Position numbers and translations under genes: made by a program. A DNA stretch of 64,000 bases from a virus. Under the pieces are notes generated by a model. The model worked only from the letters and a program-made list of their open reading frames with translations. It was not told the origin of the DNA and did no database searches. The stretch is from the IMG/VR virus record IMGVR_UViG_3300020463_000008, positions 32,001 through 96,000 of that record, one strand, 5' to 3'. This document shows positions 1 through 8,607 of the stretch, piece after piece. Each line of letters starts with the position of its first letter. The first letter of the stretch is position 1.

Positions 1-783
1 ATCAATCAACATAATTAATCTATGTTCATCTGAATTATTATGAGCACTGTGCATATGTTGATTATTAAATCCCCATGGATGTTGCCAATCAACTTCCTCG
101 CCAGTAGCTTCTAAATATAAATCTCCTTCAGGAATAATTAAAGGAATATGTATTCTTATATTCTCTCCCTTTTTATTTTCTATTCCTATATGTCTTTCAA
201 TAATACTTTGAGCTGGTAAAATACTATATTCTAACACAGGGCATAAATCTTTATAATGATTAGCAATCTTCATCATAGTTGGAAATGCTGATGCTCTATA
301 ACCATCTTGTGCTTGTCTTAGTCTAAGCATTCTTTCTTGAACACCTTGGTCTTGACCTTTACCAACTATATTAGGATTATGATATTTCATAACTAATACT
401 CGCCAAGCATCAGTAGTTATTTTTCCATCTTCATCTGTTTGACCTTTTAAAAAAGAATCATCACCTATGTCAAGTTCCTTAATATCTTCGTTGCCTTGTA
501 GGGTTGCTTTATTTCTTAATGCTTTATCAGGCGAACCCTCTTTGCTTCGTTTAAGTTGAGAATATATTGCTCCCATTGCAGAGGTAGTTCCTTTTTCTAA
601 ACATGCTTGAATATCCTCATACTCTGTAAGGAAATCTTTTACCAAGTCAGGAACGAATCCCATAAGAAAATCTAATTCATCGTCAAATCTTTTAACATCT
701 CCATAACGAAATATTTTTTGCGTTCTTAGTTTTTCTATTTCTTCTTTGCTATAACTTAAATGTTCTGGTAGTTTTAATGCCAT
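1..783 (-). CDS. Asp/Asn beta-hydroxylase-like 2OG-Fe(II) oxygenase (partial, runs off the left edge)
   Basis: Not in the ORF track; translated by hand from ATG at 783 (MALKLPEHLS...). The C-terminus has RHIG..RIHIPLIIPEG..WGFNNQHMHSAHNNSDEHRLIMLID, typical of the Asp/Asn hydroxylase jelly-roll. Confidence 0.7.
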   Translation of the reverse strand, partial: MALKLPEHLSYSKEEIEKLRTQKIFRYGDVKRFDDELDFLMGFVPDLVKDFLTEYEDIQACLEKGTTSAMGAIYSQLKRSKEGSPDKALRNKATLQGNEDIKELDIGDDSFLKGQTDEDGKITTDAWRVLVMKYHNPNIVGKGQDQGVQERMLRLRQAQDGYRASAFPTMMKIANHYKDLCPVLEYSILPAQSIIERHIGIENKKGENIRIHIPLIIPEGDLYLEATGEEVDWQHPWGFNNQHMHSAHNNSDEHRLIMLID

Positions 784-786
784 GTT

Positions 787-2604
787 TTATCCTTCACAAG
801 CTAAACAAACATCTCCATCGGCAATAGCTGAGATGTCTATTTCTTTTATAATTTCTCGTTGTATTCTTTTACTTATTTTATCGGCTTTACCAATCTTTTC
901 ACTTCTACAATAATATAGAGTTTTAAGACCTGTCTTCCATGCTAAGAAGTGAGCAGCATGTAGATATTTAATATCAGCATCAGGTCTAAAGAATAAGTTT
1001 ACTGATTGTGCTTGGTCAATATACTTCTGTCTTTCAGATGCGTGATTGATAATCCATTGTTGGTTCATTTCCATAGATGTTTTATATACATCCTTTTCTA
1101 TGTCTGTCATCCATTTTAAATGTTGTACTGAACCATCATTCGCTATGATACTTGACCATTCTGCGTCAATATCTAAGTTGTGTTCTTTTTGTTTTTTCTC
1201 CATAAGTTTTTGAAGGAACTTATTTTTATTAGTATGTGATCCACTAAGTGTATCCTGACGATAAGCATTAGCTCGAAAAGGCTCGATGCTAGGACTAGTA
1301 TTACCCATAATGATGCTACTACTAGCATTAGGAGCAATGGCAAGCATATGACTAAAACGAAAGCCAGTGCCAACAGCATCAGGTGCTTCACCTCGTTCTT
1401 CACCCAAAGCAAGATTCGCATCATCCAACTGTTTCCTAACATGTTTAAATATTTTTTCATTTCTATTACCAGCTATGGCACTTTCATAAGGTATTCCATT
1501 TTTCTGTAAGTAAGCATGGAAACCCAAAGCACCTATCCCAATCGATCTTTCTTGTTGAGCAGAAAACTTAGCACGAGATATTTCATCTCTAGCATTATCA
1601 ATAAAATATTGTAATACATTATCAAGCATCTCTGCTACATCTCTTAGGAATTGTTTATCTTTTGACCACTCATCAAAGTATTCTAGATTCAATGATGATA
1701 AACAACATACAGCTGTTCGGTCTTCATTCGTTGGGAGTATAATCTCCGAACACAAATTACTCTGATGAATTTTCAATCCTTTTTCTTTTAGAAACTCTGG
1801 TAGATGATTATTGCTTGTATCAATGAAGTGTAAGTATGGCTCACCTGTCATCATACGAGTTTCTAAAATAGTTTGCCATAAATCTCTGGCTGATACATAC
1901 TCTTTTACTTTACCATTATGTGGATCTTTTAATGCCCACTTATCATCACAGTCTCCATTCTTCATACAGTTTTCAATAATCTGCATAAAGTCATCTGTGA
2001 TATTAATACCATGATGCATGTTTAATGCTCTCATGTTAGGATCGCCAGTTGGCTTTCTCATTTCAATAAATTCTTTTATGTCGGGATGGTTAATATCTAG
2101 ATATGCTGCATAACTTCCTCGTCTTGTTCTTCCTTGACGATATGCTAATGACGATGCGTCATACATTTTTAAGTGTGGCATAACACCAGTAGATTTATCA
2201 TCAGCACTACGAATACCAAATCCTATACCCACTCCACCACCTGACATTGATAGCCAGTTTGTTTCAGATAAATTTTGTACCAGTCCTTCAGAAGAATCTT
2301 CAATATAATTTAAGAAGCAACTAATTGGTAATCCTCTTTTAGATCTACCAAATGAAAGTATCGGTGTTGAATAAGATAGCCAATGCTGACTAGAATAATC
2401 ATATAATCTTTGTGCGTGTTCAGGATTAGATGAAAAAGTTTTTGATACGAAAGCGAATCTTTCCTGTGGGGAAGTTTCATCATCTTTCATATAAGATTCT
2501 CTCAATCTTATTTTACCTGCGTTGTCTAATAATGTATCTCTGGTATAGTCTATCGTAATACCATGTATCTCTGCTGTTAATTTTGTATCCACTTTATTTT
2601 CCAT
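787..2604 (-). CDS. nrdA: Ribonucleotide reductase class Ia alpha subunit
   Basis: Motifs SCFL, SNLCSEI, VCCLSSLNL, APNASSS, DQAQSVN, KTLYYCR and C-terminal CLACEG. Start likely MENKV at 2604 rather than 2679, which would overlap the upstream gene by 86 nt. Confidence 0.95.
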   Translation of the reverse strand: MENKVDTKLTAEIHGITIDYTRDTLLDNAGKIRLRESYMKDDETSPQERFAFVSKTFSSNPEHAQRLYDYSSQHWLSYSTPILSFGRSKRGLPISCFLNYIEDSSEGLVQNLSETNWLSMSGGGVGIGFGIRSADDKSTGVMPHLKMYDASSLAYRQGRTRRGSYAAYLDINHPDIKEFIEMRKPTGDPNMRALNMHHGINITDDFMQIIENCMKNGDCDDKWALKDPHNGKVKEYVSARDLWQTILETRMMTGEPYLHFIDTSNNHLPEFLKEKGLKIHQSNLCSEIILPTNEDRTAVCCLSSLNLEYFDEWSKDKQFLRDVAEMLDNVLQYFIDNARDEISRAKFSAQQERSIGIGALGFHAYLQKNGIPYESAIAGNRNEKIFKHVRKQLDDANLALGEERGEAPDAVGTGFRFSHMLAIAPNASSSIIMGNTSPSIEPFRANAYRQDTLSGSHTNKNKFLQKLMEKKQKEHNLDIDAEWSSIIANDGSVQHLKWMTDIEKDVYKTSMEMNQQWIINHASERQKYIDQAQSVNLFFRPDADIKYLHAAHFLAWKTGLKTLYYCRSEKIGKADKISKRIQREIIKEIDISAIADGDVCLACEG

Positions 2605-3157
2605 ATTGAATGACGACTGAAAATCTGTGCGTTGGACTGTGGATTGTTGGGGGGTTGATTGAGTGGGGGAGTGTGCCATCGAATAATATTATCCTTCCAG
2701 GAATATAGAACGATACCCATTCGAGCGAATCGTTCATTAGGTTTGAAAAAAGTGTCTGTCCACCCCAAGACTTTTCCCATTCCATGTTGGGATAATATAG
2801 CATAGTTAAATTATGCTCAGCTCCAGTATCGCAATGAAAGCGATTCTTATCCTGGATTGTACTAAGATTAATCCTAGCTTGTGTTATTGTATAGTCAGTT
2901 AAGTGGTGTTTGATGTGGGAATAATTACTTAATTTCTCTATCCCCATATTGTCCACATCGGTGGGGGAGAGATTACAATATAGGTTGTAATCGCCTTTGG
3001 TCTCAAGTCTTTGTACATCTGAACCAGACAGCGAATACTTTTGATTTAAGCAATAACTATATAGTCTTTCTCGTTCTTCATAATTAAAGATATCGTCAAA
3101 AGTCCATAAACTTTTTCCGTCTATTTTTCTTAGACGCATGTCAGGTATATCCATCAA
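2594..3157 (-). CDS. 2OG-Fe(II) oxygenase (prolyl-hydroxylase-like)
   Basis: HCD...LYYPNMEWEKSWGGQTLF...PGRIILFDGTLPHS...RFSVV provides the HxD..H..R set. Confidence 0.85.
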   Translation of the reverse strand: MMDIPDMRLRKIDGKSLWTFDDIFNYEERERLYSYCLNQKYSLSGSDVQRLETKGDYNLYCNLSPTDVDNMGIEKLSNYSHIKHHLTDYTITQARINLSTIQDKNRFHCDTGAEHNLTMLYYPNMEWEKSWGGQTLFSNLMNDSLEWVSFYIPGRIILFDGTLPHSINPPTIHSPTHRFSVVIQYGK

Positions 3158-3519
3158 TCCTCATCTTCCTGAATATTATCTTGTTTTGGTGTATGATGGG
3201 GTTTTTTACATTCAAATCCACCATTGTCAAACCATCTTCCATCAGCTGTATGAAAGTAATTTTGATAATAAACATCAACAGCTTTGCCATTGTAGTCTGT
3301 TCTATATCTGCGAAACTTTTTTTTCTCTATCTTTCCTTGATACTCTTGACCGAACTCGCCTTGTGATAGTCTAACCTTTGTACCATCACCACCATAAATA
3401 CGATCTATCCATTCTCCATTATAGAAGTTAGAAACAATCCTTTTAGGTTTTGCTTCGACGAACTCTTCCTGCTCGTCCCATATCTCTTCAATCAGTGCTT
3501 TCTTCTTCGCCATTATCAT
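3154..3519 (-). CDS. Hypothetical protein
   Basis: 121-aa ORF coupled to its neighbours. Confidence 0.7.
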   Translation of the reverse strand: MIMAKKKALIEEIWDEQEEFVEAKPKRIVSNFYNGEWIDRIYGGDGTKVRLSQGEFGQEYQGKIEKKKFRRYRTDYNGKAVDVYYQNYFHTADGRWFDNGGFECKKPHHTPKQDNIQEDED

Positions 3520-3949
3520 TATCTCCTTTTTTGAATGGAACTACCTTATCTTCCTCCAATGGGGCTTCCATGGGGTCCATATCCTCTTCTCTAAGCTGAT
3601 ACTCTTCAACTATCCTACCATCCTCTGGTTTTTTTACAATAGTCACTAGATCTATCTTATCATAATCCATAGTTTGGAATATAGTCTTAGCTTGTTCTTT
3701 ACCAACTTCTAAAACCAATATATCTTTTGCTGTTATTAACATTCCCATTGCAGCATTAATTGCTTGCTTTGATGATTTAATACTAGTGAGTGCTTCCCAT
3801 AATGGGGAGAGTATAAAGTTCTGTTCAAACTCATGCTGTTTTCTTAACTCTTCTAATTTCATCTCGTCATATTTTTTAGCAGCAAATTCATTTATGTCAG
3901 TTATATTACCAACTGTTGGTTCTGGTGCTTTATCTTTATCGTCTGTCAT
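3488..3949 (-). CDS. Hypothetical acidic protein
   Basis: 153-aa ORF with AAGGAG RBS upstream. Confidence 0.75.
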   Translation of the reverse strand: MTDDKDKAPEPTVGNITDINEFAAKKYDEMKLEELRKQHEFEQNFILSPLWEALTSIKSSKQAINAAMGMLITAKDILVLEVGKEQAKTIFQTMDYDKIDLVTIVKKPEDGRIVEEYQLREEDMDPMEAPLEEDKVVPFKKGDNDNGEEESTD

Positions 3950-4461
3950 TTAATCTCCTTTCCTGTGGGGTTGACCCAATGCTGTCGTTTGAAGTTTGGA
4001 TCGCTTGATTTAAAAAAATTTCTGTCTACTCCTGTTTCAAAAGTTTCAACTAATCTCTTGGTCGGTCTGAATACTTGACCTGCTCCCTTTGCTTTTATGA
4101 TACCATCGGCATAATCTTTTATGGCGAAAATACCTTCTCCGAGTTCACCAGCTTTTCTATCTGTAGCTTTCCATACTTTACGATATATCTTAACCTTTGT
4201 AGGAAAGTGTATTGGTGCTAAGAATTTAATTTCAAAATTTCTTATAAAGAATCCTGGAACAGGATTAGAAAATAGCAAGGATATCATTAATGCTCCTGGC
4301 ATTACATTACCCTCCTCGTCTCCAAAATGTAAGGGATTATCATCTTGGATAATTGTACAAAAATTTCTTACTAGTTCTTCAGTAATATCTACATCATGAA
4401 CATAATCTTTTAGTAAGTCGGCTCTATCAAAAGGAACATCGCTCATTAGCATTTTCTCCAT
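3946..4461 (-). CDS. MaoC/PhaJ-like hot-dog-fold dehydratase
   Basis: FCTIIQDDNPLH..VMPGALMISL..IKFLAPI matches the MaoC D-x-N-P-x-H hydratase motif. The start may be MSDVP near 4446. Confidence 0.75.
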   Translation of the reverse strand: MEKMLMSDVPFDRADLLKDYVHDVDITEELVRNFCTIIQDDNPLHFGDEEGNVMPGALMISLLFSNPVPGFFIRNFEIKFLAPIHFPTKVKIYRKVWKATDRKAGELGEGIFAIKDYADGIIKAKGAGQVFRPTKRLVETFETGVDRNFFKSSDPNFKRQHWVNPTGKEIK

Positions 4462-5456
4462 AAATTAAATTTGGCTTCAGCTTCTGCACCCTGTACACTA
4501 CTTCCCTCCATGAGAGCATGTATTGTTAGTGGTGTTTTGCCTGCCATAATCATATCATTAATATCTTTTTCTTTTACACTATCGCTCCATAAACATACTC
4601 TATAACCTTTTTTAATTATAGATTCTATTTGTTTTACGAGTTCACGATTTCTTGGCTCGTTATCAAATACGATAGTACAATTATCTTTAAACTGTTCAAC
4701 TTGTGGTACATCAAAACTTGCACCTGCAACTGCTATACCATTATCAAGAAATAAAGAATCTATTGGACCCTCAACTACATAAACATGTCTATCTCTATCT
4801 ACTCGGTCAAGACCATAAACTTTATGATTCTCTTCTTTTACTTTCAGTGTATAATACTTAGGTGTTTCATTTCCGAATGCTCTACCTTGTAAAGCAATTA
4901 ATTCTTTATTCTCATCATAGAAAGGTATTACTAATCGTGGTTCATCAGATACTATCTTATGAAACTTATAAACGATATTATCATTGACCCATTGTTTAAA
5001 GTGTGGCACCCAATAAAAGTGCTTGTGTAGATCTTGATTTATGTGTCGTCTTAACAAGAACTTTTTTATTGGGTGCGATGGATCAAGTGAAGCTACAAAG
5101 TTGGCATGTTTTAAAGATGCTTTCTCAATAGTAGCTGTCTTGAATATTTCTAAATCTGGTTTATCATTTACATGTTTATTATTAGTGGCACCAAATTTTT
5201 CTAATTGGTACTCACTATACATGCGAGGATCGACTTCTTTAATTAGATTGCCAAGACTTCTACCATCTTGACAGTTATGACATTTATAGAATAGGGATGA
5301 CTCTTTACGATAGATATATCCTCGAGCCTTTGATTTGTCTTTTTTGGAATCGCCACAGAGAGGACAGGAAAAGTTCCATAGATAATCCTTCTGTTGTTTG
5401 AAGTTTCTCACACGAGGTGAGAGCATAGCTGTAAATTTAGCGTCCACATAAATCAT
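4446..5456 (-). CDS. 61: DNA primase (T4 gp61-like)
   Basis: Zn finger CPLCGDS...CHNC; TOPRIM VVEGPIDSLFL, FDNEPRN, KDINDM. Confidence 0.95.
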   Translation of the reverse strand: MIYVDAKFTAMLSPRVRNFKQQKDYLWNFSCPLCGDSKKDKSKARGYIYRKESSLFYKCHNCQDGRSLGNLIKEVDPRMYSEYQLEKFGATNNKHVNDKPDLEIFKTATIEKASLKHANFVASLDPSHPIKKFLLRRHINQDLHKHFYWVPHFKQWVNDNIVYKFHKIVSDEPRLVIPFYDENKELIALQGRAFGNETPKYYTLKVKEENHKVYGLDRVDRDRHVYVVEGPIDSLFLDNGIAVAGASFDVPQVEQFKDNCTIVFDNEPRNRELVKQIESIIKKGYRVCLWSDSVKEKDINDMIMAGKTPLTIHALMEGSSVQGAEAEAKFNLWRKC

Positions 5457-5463
5457 AAATATA

Positions 5464-5492
5464 ATATTATATAAAAAAAACTTAAAAGTAAA
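5464..5492 (-). promoter_or_regulatory. Early sigma70-type promoter (primase)
   Basis: TTTACT-17 nt-TAATAT, a member of a motif family repeated about 10 times in the window. Confidence 0.7.
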
Positions 5493-5495
5493 GTC

Positions 5496-5912
5496 TTACA
5501 TCAAATAGCCGAAGACTCCTGCAACACCTGCAATTGTAGCAATAATGCCCATTACATACCATTTATATTGCTCTAAATTGTTTACTCTAAGACCTACCTC
5601 CGCAATCGTATCATTCATCAGATTATGCTGTTTTGTAGCACTCTCGTTGATTCTAATTTCACTTTCGTGGATTGCTTTAATAACCTCTTGACCACCCTCT
5701 GTAATTCTTTGGTGAAGGACTTTTACTTCCTTCTTAATCTCGGCATCAGTTTGTTCTGAATCGTCCAATCTATTATCGTGTACAGCCAGAAGTTTAGAGA
5801 TCTGAGAAGTTGCTTCCCCTATCTTTTCTATACTCTGGTCAATCTTTTGAATGTCAGTTTTTAGATTTGTAATCTCAACTTGATTCTTTGCTATTTCGAC
5901 TTCACTCGCCAT
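5496..5912 (-). CDS. Coiled-coil protein with C-terminal TM helix (holin/XhlA-like candidate)
   Basis: Heptad-rich body ending in KWYVMGIIATIAGVAGVFGYLM; sits next to the spanin-like genes. Likely start MASEV at 5912. Confidence 0.55.
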   Translation of the reverse strand: MASEVEIAKNQVEITNLKTDIQKIDQSIEKIGEATSQISKLLAVHDNRLDDSEQTDAEIKKEVKVLHQRITEGGQEVIKAIHESEIRINESATKQHNLMNDTIAEVGLRVNNLEQYKWYVMGIIATIAGVAGVFGYLM

Positions 5913-6519
5913 AGTTGTGTACCCTTTGCATCTCATCTACCCATCGTTGTAAATTCTTGAGTTGTATTCTCACTTCATTACAGGTCGTGTAGTTTTCGAC
6001 TGTTATAGTTGTTAATTCTGAGAGTCGGAGTTTTTCCTCTCCTCGATCGTCTCCATTTTCTTCCCCTCCTCCATCAACACTTCTGGTGGTGTCGGGAACT
6101 TCATTTTTAATGGCACTGTCGTGGAGCAGGCTAACATTGTCAGGCAGGCTACACTGAGCATCATCAGTTTCACTAAGTAGTTCATTGACTTTCTCACTTA
6201 TTTTATTTCCATTAGATTTAATTTTGTTTGTTTCATCTACAAACTTTTCAGCCACTTCACTAGAAACTTTTTCAGCTTCAGCTTCTATTTGTTGTATTTC
6301 GTCTTTCAACTTATTTAGTTCATCGACGATGTGACTGTTAGTCCAAACTGCACCTAATAAGAAAGATCCTATACCAAATACCAATCCGAATATTAATCCC
6401 CAGCTTTTTGGAACGAGTGGTAAAATACCAACTACTATCATTCCTATCAAGCCAACAGCTGTAATACCAAAATAAACTGAAGTGGGTATCCACCCTAGGA
6501 TGCTAATCAAACTAAACAT
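5902..6519 (-). CDS. Rz-like inner-membrane spanin
   Basis: N-terminal TM helices, coiled coil, then DAQCSLPDNVSLLHDSA..ENYTTC. A lipoprotein ORF is embedded in another frame. Confidence 0.65.
   Translation of the reverse strand: MFSLISILGWIPTSVYFGITAVGLIGMIVVGILPLVPKSWGLIFGLVFGIGSFLLGAVWTNSHIVDELNKLKDEIQQIEAEAEKVSSEVAEKFVDETNKIKSNGNKISEKVNELLSETDDAQCSLPDNVSLLHDSAIKNEVPDTTRSVDGGGEENGDDRGEEKLRLSELTTITVENYTTCNEVRIQLKNLQRWVDEMQRVHNYGE
6012..6185 (-). CDS. Rz1-like outer-membrane lipoprotein spanin embedded in the Rz-like gene
   Basis: MNYLVKLMMLSVACLTMLA-CSTTVPLKMKFPTPPEVL: signal peptide, lipobox-like LAC and a Pro-rich mature part, in the +1 frame inside 5902-6519. Confidence 0.55.
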   Translation of the reverse strand: MNYLVKLMMLSVACLTMLACSTTVPLKMKFPTPPEVLMEEGKKMETIEERKNSDSQN

Positions 6520-7328
6520 TATAATGCAGTCGTTGAAACAATAATGTCGGATGGCTGGTTCATCATAGTTTGTTTACCAACTGACCTTGCTACAGGTCTT
6601 TTGATATGTCTCCAGCTTCCGCCACCATTTCTATTAAATCTTATTGCTTTTGTATCACCAGCTTTATTTTGTAAGATGATGACTCCTTTTGGATTTTTAC
6701 GAGCATAGGAATATATTGCTGATTGAGCATCATCTTCCATATTCAAGTATTCTTTCCATTTAGAATATTTCTTTTTTCCTGTTCTAAACTTTTTAAGAAC
6801 ATCATCGCTAACATTAAATGTAGCGAACTTTCTTCCTTTTTTCATTCTAACTGTTGGGGATAAATCCACTCCCCCACCTGAGACTGAGTTTGCAGCTACA
6901 TCCTCAGGCAACTTTGCTTCTTGTTGGAACATATTCCAATATAAATGTTCTATAACTTCCTCTACTAATAATTCTTCTTCTAGTAAAGAAAGATTCTTTC
7001 CAATTAAATCAGTATATTTATCTTCCAGTATATGAACAGACTCTTGTCCTTCATATGCTTCCCTAATTAAATAATATGCTGCAGCAAGGGATCCTAATCT
7101 AGTTTTCCCTCCTGGAGCTTTCTCTACAAATTGTTTAAGTTTAAAGACAAGACGATGTAAAAATGTATATGCGTTCTTCTCTTTAGTAGTAGTCAACTTG
7201 TTTGCTTTCTTAATAACTTTTCCCTTCTCATCAATGATTCCCTCTTTAAAGGCATCTGTATCCTTAAAAGGTTTGACGAGCATAGAAATAATTCTATATG
7301 CAATTATGTTATCTACTGTCTTACTCAT
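6519..7328 (-). CDS. Conserved T4-like (marine myophage) hypothetical protein
   Basis: YRIISMLVKPF..AFKEGIIDEKG..AYTFLHRLVFKLK resembles a family I recall from cyano/pelagi-myophages. Confidence 0.7.
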   Translation of the reverse strand: MSKTVDNIIAYRIISMLVKPFKDTDAFKEGIIDEKGKVIKKANKLTTTKEKNAYTFLHRLVFKLKQFVEKAPGGKTRLGSLAAAYYLIREAYEGQESVHILEDKYTDLIGKNLSLLEEELLVEEVIEHLYWNMFQQEAKLPEDVAANSVSGGGVDLSPTVRMKKGRKFATFNVSDDVLKKFRTGKKKYSKWKEYLNMEDDAQSAIYSYARKNPKGVIILQNKAGDTKAIRFNRNGGGSWRHIKRPVARSVGKQTMMNQPSDIIVSTTAL

Positions 7329-7709
7329 TTATATTTCTCTTAAAATTTCCACAATTTTATTATCGTGTTCTAAACTTGTAGCACGAGTATGCGTGCCTGG
7401 AATATATTCAGGGAGTCTGCCTAGATAAGTTAAGAAAACTATCAAGGCACTCCAATGTTCTTCATCCACTTTATGAAAGAGCATATCTGTTGCTTCGTCA
7501 CCCCATAAATTAAATATTACGATAACATGATTTAAAATTAGTCGTTCTCTTAACTCTCCGTGCTTTTGATATCTTTGTAGTAATTTATTAAGATATAAAA
7601 ACTTTTTTAAATCGTCTTCAAATTCTTCTAGTGTAGCACAAGAAGGATTATCGTAATTATTTAGAGCGAACTGAAGAAAGTTATTTTCTGTCAGCTTTTT
7701 TGTCATTGC
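7329..7709 (-). CDS. Conserved T4-like hypothetical protein
   Basis: NFLQFALNNYDNPSC..EEFEDDLKKF..RERLILNH, conserved in marine myophages. Start probably MTKKL. Confidence 0.7.
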   Translation of the reverse strand, partial: AMTKKLTENNFLQFALNNYDNPSCATLEEFEDDLKKFLYLNKLLQRYQKHGELRERLILNHVIVIFNLWGDEATDMLFHKVDEEHWSALIVFLTYLGRLPEYIPGTHTRATSLEHDNKIVEILREI

Positions 7710-7896
7710 TCTTCTTAGTTTCAACTTCAGCTTCAACTTTTACTATGTCTTCTAGTGCTTGTATTGCTCCAGTCAACATATGAATTTCAGCTTGTGTATT
7801 TACTACACCTTGATTTAATTGTACGAGAACTTCCTCTTTCTTTTTGATTGCTTCTCTATAACCATCAAGTTTCGCATTTACATCATAGTCTGCCAT
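7681..7896 (-). CDS. Small coiled-coil hypothetical protein
   Basis: 71 aa with AGGAG RBS. Confidence 0.7.
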   Translation of the reverse strand: MADYDVNAKLDGYREAIKKKEEVLVQLNQGVVNTQAEIHMLTGAIQALEDIVKVEAEVETKKSNDKKADRK

Positions 7897-7930
7897 AATT
7901 ATCTCCTAGTAATAATATATATTTGTTAAT

Positions 7931-8527
7931 TTAAGCTACTACAACAGAATGGTTGCCAATAACTGACCAACCAACTGTAGCAACATACATAAGAGTCAGT
8001 GTATCACCAACTGCGTTAAATGTTGCTGTAGTAAAGCCATTAGCAGTTGTAGGAGTTAATACACAACTCCCTGAACCACTTACGACTGTGAAAATCTTTA
8101 CTTGTCCGACTGTACCATTAGCCAAAGAAGATGCATCTGATCCAGAGGATAAAGCATATTCAGTAGTTTGTTTGGTAAGGTCAGCTGTAGAAGTACCAGT
8201 AGCAGATTGAGCAGTTTGACTTAAATAAAGTGCACCACCAGATATAGCAAGATTTCCAGCTACATCTAATTTTTGTGATGGAGTTGCTACTCCTACACCT
8301 ACTCTATCTGTAGAAGCATCTACATATAATAGATTGTTGTCGTTTAATCCTTCGATACGAGTATCTTGGTCACCACCACTCTCATTAATGATTAATGGTG
8401 TGTCAAGATTAGCGAATAAATTTGCGACTGTTAGTTTTTTGTTGGAACCACCTTGTACGATATTTAAAAGGTCGGCACCTGCAGCAGAGGTTGCTGCGAC
8501 TAGTTCTGATATTTTTTGGTCTGCCAT
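7931..8527 (-). CDS. Virion structural / fibre-like protein
   Basis: The N-terminus MADQKISELVAAT is shared with 33977-35230; DRVGVGVATPSQKLDVAGN is a fibre-type repeat. Confidence 0.65.
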   Translation of the reverse strand: MADQKISELVAATSAAGADLLNIVQGGSNKKLTVANLFANLDTPLIINESGGDQDTRIEGLNDNNLLYVDASTDRVGVGVATPSQKLDVAGNLAISGGALYLSQTAQSATGTSTADLTKQTTEYALSSGSDASSLANGTVGQVKIFTVVSGSGSCVLTPTTANGFTTATFNAVGDTLTLMYVATVGWSVIGNHSVVVA

Positions 8528-8555
8528 AATTTTACTCCTATTTTAATTGCAGAAT

Positions 8556-8581
8556 TGGGAGGGTTTTTTACAACCCTCCCA
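8556..8581 (-). terminator. Stem-loop (putative terminator or processing hairpin)
   Basis: TGGGAGGGTT-loop-AACCCTCCCA inverted repeat downstream of 8608-9723. Confidence 0.6.
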
Positions 8582-8607
8582 CAGTTCTAGGTTTATGTTA
8601 ATTGGTA

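Noticed and set aside
2605-2679. 25-aa N-terminal extension of NrdA
   Set aside because: It overlaps the conserved C-terminus of the upstream oxygenase; MENKV at 2604 gives normal coupling.
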